Below are positions 58,018-64,000 of a stretch of 64,000 nucleotides of DNA, one piece after another. The position numbers and the translations under genes were made by a program. How positions within the stretch are numbered: the stretch's first letter is position 1; each line of letters opens with the position of its first letter. The stretch is taken from the NCBI GenBank assembly GCA_050287085.1, contig JBNKBE010000007.1:64001-128000 (forward strand), given 5' to 3'. Under the pieces are notes generated by a model that was given only the letters and a program-made list of their open reading frames with translations, did no database searches and was not told where the DNA came from. The DNA is from Polyangiaceae bacterium. GTDB lineage: Bacteria > Myxococcota_A > Polyangia > Polyangiales > Polyangiaceae.

Positions 58018-59508
58018 CTACGACGCGGAGCGCAGATCTTGTGACAGTTGATCGGCAGCTCGCGCTGCCAGTGCCATAGCGGTCAGCGTCGGGTTCTTTT
58101 CCGGGCTGGTCGTGAAACACGCGGCGTCGACGACCAGCACGTTGGGCGCGCCATATACGCGGTTGTAGCCATCTACGACACCGAACTCTGAGGACTCATG
58201 CATGCGAGCGCAACCACCGTAGTGTACGGCCGAGCCCGGTGCGACCTGCTCCGGCTCGAGTTCTGTTAGGCTACAGTGATAGCCGGCAGCGTCCATCACG
58301 TCGAATAGCCGCTGCCGTGCGCCCGCGATGAGTTCGTGGGCGGCATCGTTGAAGGTGAGGTCGATGGACGCTCGAGGCAGGCCCTCGGGGTCTTTGTCCT
58401 TGGGGTGCAGCGTGACACGGTCGTTTTCGGTTGGGATCATCGTGCCAAAGACCTGAACGCCGAACGTCTTGGTTGCTGTCGGCAGCAGACCCAACACCTT
58501 CTCTTTCAGGTTGGTAGAGCCGATTGTCCAGGACGTCGCCATCAATGGTTCGGCGGCCTTGTAGTCTCCACGTGTCATGTACGCAGAGGGCTTCAGGCGC
58601 GGGAGTTCCTTGTCCATGGCAAACGCCCACCATTCGCGGGTATGGTCGTGCAGGTAGCGGCCGAGCAGATCGCGATCGTTGCCCAGTCCATTCGGGAAGC
58701 GGCCACACGTTGAATTGAGCAACAAGCGCGTCGAGGCGACGGCGCCCGCCGCAACGACAAACGCCGAAGCTGACAACTCGTGCGTCTGTTTTGTTTGTCG
58801 GTCGCGGTAAACGACGCGCGTTACGCGATTCTTGTCCTCAGACCATTCCAGTCGCTCGACGTGGGCGCCGGTTATCATTTCAAATAGTGGGGATCGGGCG
58901 AGGGGCGCGACGATGCTCGCGTAGCTATTGAAGGCGGTGCCTTGTCTGGTCAGCAACCAAGGCGCGCCATCGGCTAGGGGCAACGTCGTTAGCCCATGAC
59001 CCATGCGAGCGGCAACGACTGCGACCTCGTGCCACGGCTCAGGCAATTCGAGCCGATGATCCGCCCACCCTGCTGGCAGGGTTGGGAAGCTATTGCCGCT
59101 GGCTACGATGCCCATCAGTTTCTCGGTGCGCTCGTAGTAGGGGACCAAGTTCTCGTATTCCAGCGGCCAGACGTACTTGTCGTGCAGACGCCTTCCGTCG
59201 AAGAAGTCTTCTGGCGCGAAGCGCGGCACGGCACCGGTCCAGTTGTTGGACAGGCCCCCCAGCGCCAGGTTCAGAAACCAGGTAGTGCGTGGGTTGGGGG
59301 AAGAATGATAGTCGCGTGCGTCGCTGCCAAAGAAGCCCTCTTCTTTCTTTCGCAACACGTTCTGACCCATCATGCGCAGGAGCAACCCCTTGGGGCCGCG
59401 GGTTCCGGATTCCAGTAGGGTCACGGGAATGCCGTTGCTAATCAGCTGCCACGCGGCCATCGCGCCCGCTGGGCCGCTGCCAATCACCACTACACGTTGA
59501 TCACTCAT
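58018..59508 (-). CDS. GMC family FAD oxidoreductase
   Basis: VIGSGPAG Rossmann motif, GRYLHDH, HYGGCARM, NPTLTAMALA. Confidence 0.9.
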   Translation of the reverse strand: MSDQRVVVIGSGPAGAMAAWQLISNGIPVTLLESGTRGPKGLLLRMMGQNVLRKKEEGFFGSDARDYHSSPNPRTTWFLNLALGGLSNNWTGAVPRFAPEDFFDGRRLHDKYVWPLEYENLVPYYERTEKLMGIVASGNSFPTLPAGWADHRLELPEPWHEVAVVAARMGHGLTTLPLADGAPWLLTRQGTAFNSYASIVAPLARSPLFEMITGAHVERLEWSEDKNRVTRVVYRDRQTKQTHELSASAFVVAAGAVASTRLLLNSTCGRFPNGLGNDRDLLGRYLHDHTREWWAFAMDKELPRLKPSAYMTRGDYKAAEPLMATSWTIGSTNLKEKVLGLLPTATKTFGVQVFGTMIPTENDRVTLHPKDKDPEGLPRASIDLTFNDAAHELIAGARQRLFDVMDAAGYHCSLTELEPEQVAPGSAVHYGGCARMHESSEFGVVDGYNRVYGAPNVLVVDAACFTTSPEKNPTLTAMALAARAADQLSQDLRSAS

Positions 59509-59925
59509 CGGGGCTATCCTTCCGCGTTGTTGGCGTGGCCGATTGCTCGCGACCCGCATCACAAGTGCAACGATGCTCAGTTCGAGTACCAATTCGCCAG
59601 CACAAATCTGAAGCGCGCATCGTTTGCGAGCTACGATCCAGTCTTGCGCATTCCCGGCGCTTCAGGTTGTAACAGCGGGCGTCGCGGCAGTGTTTCAACC
59701 GGTGACACGTGGCGCGTGGTTAACTCCCATGAGCGGGCCAGGAGCTAGGGCACCCGCGCCCCGGGCGTGCGCTGTCAAGGACGGTGAAGGGCGATTGGAG
59801 CTCCCGTTGCCAAGGTAGACTCCAACCTGACTGGATCACGTGCTAATCCTCTCCCGCGTGCCCGGGTGATTCGGCGCGTGCTACGTGGACCGACGGCGGC
59901 CTTCCAGTCTAGTATCCGCGACCGC

Positions 59926-60909
59926 ATGACGCTCACGGAAACCGAGTCCCTGACCAAGCCGACGCTCGCCGGGCATATCCAGATCGCCCGTATCGACCAC
60001 TGGTTCAAGAACGTCTTCATGATACCGGGCGCCGTGGTGGCGCTTGCGGTGGACTACGAGCGAATGCCCGACGGGCTTTGGCTCCGGGCGATCGTCGGAA
60101 CGCTGTCGATCTGCCTGGTGGCGTCCAGCAACTACGTCGTCAACGAGGTCTTGGACGCGCCCACCGACCGGAAACACCCGGTGAAGCGCAACCGTCCTGT
60201 GCCCTCGGGCAAGGTGTCGATCCCACTGGCCTATGTCCAGTGGCTTGCGCTCATGGTGGTCGGTGTAGGTCTTGGATTCTACATCTCCGTACCCTTCGGC
60301 ATGACGGCGCTTGTTCTTTGGATCATGGGGTGCGCCTACAACATTCGGCCCGTCCGCACCAAGGATGTTCCGTATTTGGACGTGCTGTCGGAGGCTGTCA
60401 ACAACCCCCTTCGCATGCTTGCTGGCTGGTACTTGACCTTGGTGCCCTCGGTGGCGCCGGCGTCTCTGCTCTTCAGCTACTGGATGATCGGCTGCTATTT
60501 CATGGCCATCAAGCGCTATGCTGAGTACCGCGAGATCGGGGATGGGGAGCGGGCTGCGGCGTACCGCAAGTCCTTTCGCTTCTACACGGAGGAGCGCCTG
60601 CTCGTGTCGATCATGTTCTATGCGTCCGCGAGCATGTTGTTTCTCGGTAGCTTCGTAATGCGCTACCGGATGGAGCTGATTCTGGCGTTTCCGCTGGTGG
60701 CCCTGGTCATGGCTCTCTATCTCCAGATATCGTTTCGCAAGAACAGTCCAGTCCAGAACCCGGAACATCTCTACCGAGAGCGGGGCTTAATGGCTGCGGT
60801 GACGCTTTGCAGCGCTGCCTGCGTTGCCTTGCTGGTTGTTGATCTTCCCATTGTGGCAAGCGTCTTCAGTCCGACCGCACCCAGTCAGAGCGTCAGGATC
60901 GCGCAGTAG
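59926..60909 (+). CDS. UbiA family protein, resembling decaprenyl-phosphate phosphoribosyltransferase
   Basis: RIDHWFKN, YVVNEVLD...DRKHPVKRNRP..SG, KDVPYLDV, KRYAE; multiple TMs. Confidence 0.85.
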   Translation: MTLTETESLTKPTLAGHIQIARIDHWFKNVFMIPGAVVALAVDYERMPDGLWLRAIVGTLSICLVASSNYVVNEVLDAPTDRKHPVKRNRPVPSGKVSIPLAYVQWLALMVVGVGLGFYISVPFGMTALVLWIMGCAYNIRPVRTKDVPYLDVLSEAVNNPLRMLAGWYLTLVPSVAPASLLFSYWMIGCYFMAIKRYAEYREIGDGERAAAYRKSFRFYTEERLLVSIMFYASASMLFLGSFVMRYRMELILAFPLVALVMALYLQISFRKNSPVQNPEHLYRERGLMAAVTLCSAACVALLVVDLPIVASVFSPTAPSQSVRIAQ

Positions 60910-61048
60910 GCTTCGCGGAGCAGGCCGCTTCGCGAGACAGGTCGCAGGAGCCGGCGCCGGCGGCCGCGGTCCCACGTGTGGCCGCGCCCCAGTACCTTGA
61001 CCCGAAATATTCTCAGCACGTGCGCCGGGCTCGGTCTAGATTGCGGCG

Positions 61049-61672
61049 ATGAGCGACGATGAGAATCCAGTGCTGCTTGGCGACGTGGCACCGCTAATGC
61101 CCGACGCCGTGATCGAGCGGATCGTGAGCTGCGTTCGTTTCGTGCATTCAGCGACCGGTCTGGAGCTGGACGCGAGCCATGAGACACTTCCGATCCTCGA
61201 CTATTACGCGACCAGCGCGCGCGAGCAGACGGAAAGCCGACCCGAGACGCTTCCGCTTCTTAGCGAGGCGATGGGAGCCTATTTTGGACAGGTGTTGGCG
61301 CGGGAGCTGGGGCTGCTATGGCGCGCAAACGACCCAGATCCGAGCACTTGGCTACTGTACGGGCAAGACGTCTTTGTGGCGATCAACCCGATCGGCGTCG
61401 CCTACGACGTGTTGTGTGCGAACAGTCGACATGAGGGTCCTTCCTCGGAGTTGTTGCTCGCGCGCGACGAGCGTGAGTTGATAGCGGCGCGCTTGGCGGC
61501 GCTCCCTGATGTGGCAGAGGATCAGTTCTTCACTTTTGCCAGTCGCTTCGACGTGCTCCACATTGTGGTGGAGGCGCTCCGCGGCCTATTGCTTCCCGGT
61601 GCGGGAGACATGTCCTACGAATGGGGGGACTATGAAGACGAGTTGGTACGACAGGGTCGATTGACGCACTGA
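61049..61672 (+). CDS. Hypothetical protein
   Basis: 207-aa ORF with globular composition (LELDASHETLPILDYY, MGAYFGQVL). Confidence 0.72.
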   Translation: MSDDENPVLLGDVAPLMPDAVIERIVSCVRFVHSATGLELDASHETLPILDYYATSAREQTESRPETLPLLSEAMGAYFGQVLARELGLLWRANDPDPSTWLLYGQDVFVAINPIGVAYDVLCANSRHEGPSSELLLARDERELIAARLAALPDVAEDQFFTFASRFDVLHIVVEALRGLLLPGAGDMSYEWGDYEDELVRQGRLTH

Positions 61673-61752
61673 GAGCGATTGCGTCGATGGAAACTACGGG
61701 ACAAGGCATGGCGTGCGCGGATCGTGCAGCCGCTTCGGGCGGCGAGAGGGCA

Positions 61753-63117
61753 GTGAAGGCTTGGCTCAGGCGTGCGGTCGTCCTGCCGCTGCTTCTGAGC
61801 AGCGCGGTCGCGGGCCCGGCAAACGCGCGGGCTGCTGGTCGCCTGTATGGCAGCGGGGGGGGACTGCCCAGCTCCACCAGCGACTCCGAGCTTCGGCTTC
61901 GAAGCGCCGATATCGTGTTGGTTGCTCACGAGGACCACTGGGAGGTCGAGGGTCAATACGCCTTTGTCAACATGAGCTCGAGGACGCAGGCAGTGACGCT
62001 CGGATTTCCGGAGTTGCAGTGTCCGCATGAGGCTCAATGCAGCCATGAGCCTTGGCAACACGTTGAGTTCCAGGTTGCTGGGCATCCCACCCGAGCGAGG
62101 CCGGGCGCCGCCGGTGCGCTCGCAGGCTGGCCGGGGTATTCCGGCATCTTGTGGTCATTGGCTGCCGCTTTGGAGCCGGCTTCGGAGATTCGGATTCACC
62201 AGCGCTACGAGAGCGCCGGGGGCCGCAGCGATGTCGGTCCTACGACTCTGTTTGCATTTGCGGGCCGGGGTCGTAGGGGCGCCGCGGCGGACTGGGTACG
62301 CGTTACCGTTCGGATGCCCTCGGCGACCCACACGGTTTATGCTGAAGCCCCCGCAGCACTGAAGACGTCTGGACCGCTGCGAAGCGCTAGCGGTGTAGAG
62401 TTGGTGCTCTTGGCCCGCGACTGGAAGCCGGAAGGCAAGCTGACGCTACAATACGACGCGAGCGCGCATTGGGCGCCGGAGCGGCGCGGCGTTGACCCGG
62501 AGAGTCCCGCGGCGGCGGGCGAGCTGCCGTTTTCTTGGGGACCCTGTACAGATCCTGGCGCGGACCGCGACGCCTTGCGCTTCTGCATCCAGATGCTCTA
62601 CGCGGGCCACGGCTACCCATTTCGATCGGAACGCCTGCGCCGCTTCTTCTACTCGGGTGCCTCGGGTTTCCGTCGCGAGCTCGACGTTGAGGAGCGCGAG
62701 CGCTGGGTGCGTGATCTCGCGCCGCTTGAGGACTTCAGTGCGAGTCGTTTCGAAGCTCATGAGCGCCAACAGCTGGGGCGTTTAACCCAGGCGCTGGCGC
62801 TTGCCTCCGAGCGGGTCGCGTCGTCTGAGGGGCGTCCGTTTCCGGTGGTCGATGAACCTTTGGTCAGCGTCGGTGATGATCACGCTGCCGCCGGGGCCGC
62901 GGGCGATCCATCGCCGATCGCGCCTCCTTCTACAACGTCTTCTGCGCCGGCGGAGCTGAGCCAAGGGGGCAGCGGACAGTCCAGTGGGCGAGCCGCCCCC
63001 GAGACCTTTCTCGGCTGCCAGGCTTCCGCTGGCGGTTCAACCACGGCCGCCGGCGGGTGGCTGGCACTGCTTCTGTTGGCGCGTCGACGGCGACGCCGCG
63101 TGTCCTCTGGTTCCTAG
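61753..63117 (+). CDS. Exported protein with a DUF4424-like N-terminus, a YARHG-like domain and a MYXO-CTERM-like tail
   Basis: Signal peptide; YAFVN.....VTLGFP; MLYAGHGYPFRSERLRRFF; GCQASAGG...WLALLLLARRRRR; start uncertain (61687 is an alternative). Confidence 0.7.
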   Translation: MKAWLRRAVVLPLLLSSAVAGPANARAAGRLYGSGGGLPSSTSDSELRLRSADIVLVAHEDHWEVEGQYAFVNMSSRTQAVTLGFPELQCPHEAQCSHEPWQHVEFQVAGHPTRARPGAAGALAGWPGYSGILWSLAAALEPASEIRIHQRYESAGGRSDVGPTTLFAFAGRGRRGAAADWVRVTVRMPSATHTVYAEAPAALKTSGPLRSASGVELVLLARDWKPEGKLTLQYDASAHWAPERRGVDPESPAAAGELPFSWGPCTDPGADRDALRFCIQMLYAGHGYPFRSERLRRFFYSGASGFRRELDVEERERWVRDLAPLEDFSASRFEAHERQQLGRLTQALALASERVASSEGRPFPVVDEPLVSVGDDHAAAGAAGDPSPIAPPSTTSSAPAELSQGGSGQSSGRAAPETFLGCQASAGGSTTAAGGWLALLLLARRRRRRVSSGS

Positions 63118-63511
63118 GACTCCTCGGCCACTGCGAGCGAGTACCCTGTGCGCTTTCCCGCGGCTCAAGCGGGACCGGGAATGGTCGGCTGGTGAGCGGA
63201 TAGGGGGGTCTCCTGTTGCAGCTCTGTGATGTCGATGCGCTGTCGCTAGAACGCACGGGGGTCGAACTTTTCAACCACTGCTACGTGCAACGCTCTCTGA
63301 TAGCTTCGCACTCCAAGGACTGGCCGGCGATGTTGCTGCCGTCCGTTTCAGCGCGCTTCTAACGATCACGACCTGTTGAGGCAGGCAGGCCCCTTGTGGC
63401 CTGCACGCAACGGAGGTGGCCTAGCATTTCGATGCGGGTGCGTGGTCGACGCGTCGTGCTCTCATCGATCATCGAGCTTGCACCCACGGTCATCAATCAG
63501 GGGATACACAG

Positions 63512-64000
63512 ATGTTTGAACAATGGCTACGTCACGTTGGGCGTTATGCGACGCTCTGGACCCTAGTGTTGGGCGTCCTGCTTTCGGGCTCGATGGGCTG
63601 CAAGGAGTTGGACGACTCGGAGGCCAAAGGCCAAGTCGTGTTGGCACTTCAGGGGGACATGTCCTTTCCGGAAGACGTGGATGCCGTCGCTGTCTACGCG
63701 TGGCTGGACGGTGACCTAGCCTTCGAGAGGACCTATCGGGTTGCGCCGTCGGGTCCGGCGAAGCTGCCCGCGCTCGTGCACCTAGGAGAGGGTTATGCCA
63801 GTGGAACGCCGCTTGTGGTGCGCGTCTACGGCCTGTCCGAGGGACACCCCATCGTCGTAGCCAAGGCAGAAACCTCAGTGCCCGAAGACCGCGAGGCGCT
63901 TCTAGCCTTGAGCTTGCACTGGTTGTGCCGCGAAGATCTGGGCGAGGGCGAGCTTTCAGAGCTGGATGGGCGCTGTGGTGGCGCCAAGACCTGCAGCGCC
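63512..64000 (+). CDS. Lipoprotein, 5' part (runs off the window)
   Basis: Translated by hand: MFEQWLRHVGRYATLWTLVLGVLLSGSMGCKELDDSEAKGQVVLALQGDMSFPEDV...; AGGGGA SD; open to 64000. Confidence 0.75.
   Translation, partial: MFEQWLRHVGRYATLWTLVLGVLLSGSMGCKELDDSEAKGQVVLALQGDMSFPEDVDAVAVYAWLDGDLAFERTYRVAPSGPAKLPALVHLGEGYASGTPLVVRVYGLSEGHPIVVAKAETSVPEDREALLALSLHWLCREDLGEGELSELDGRCGGAKTCSA

Noticed and set aside
63523..63714. 63-aa ORF from the track
   Set aside because: Wrong frame; the frame starting at 63512 has an SD and a lipobox and stays open to the window end

Overview
High-GC bacterial chromosome segment, very probably Myxococcota (inferred from mglBA, a myxobacterial-type PilZ protein, a MYXO-CTERM-like tail and many TPR/lipoprotein genes; Polyangia-like is a guess). 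It is mostly core genome: trmL, rnc, comEC, hpt, rarA, yggS, mglBA, an RNase E/G, pdxJ, manA, tlyA, cinA, clpB, gyrB-recF-dnaN, ccmF and pyrH. I found no tRNA, rRNA, CRISPR array, prophage or transposase. The main observations are: (1) a likely oriC upstream of dnaN with no dnaA next to it; (2) a six-gene operon with overlapping start/stop codons, divergent from mglBA, that joins an active and an apparently inactive DUF3857/transglutaminase-like TPR giant to an orphan type III C-ring (SctQ/FliN-like) gene with a probable internal start; (3) an unlisted 37-aa very basic ORF with its own promoter and terminator; (4) an RNase E/G with a roughly 530-aa charge-blocky insertion inside its S1 domain and a long hairpin-rich upstream region; (5) a recurring leaderless-mRNA signature. 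All family calls come from motif recognition by eye; no database search was run.
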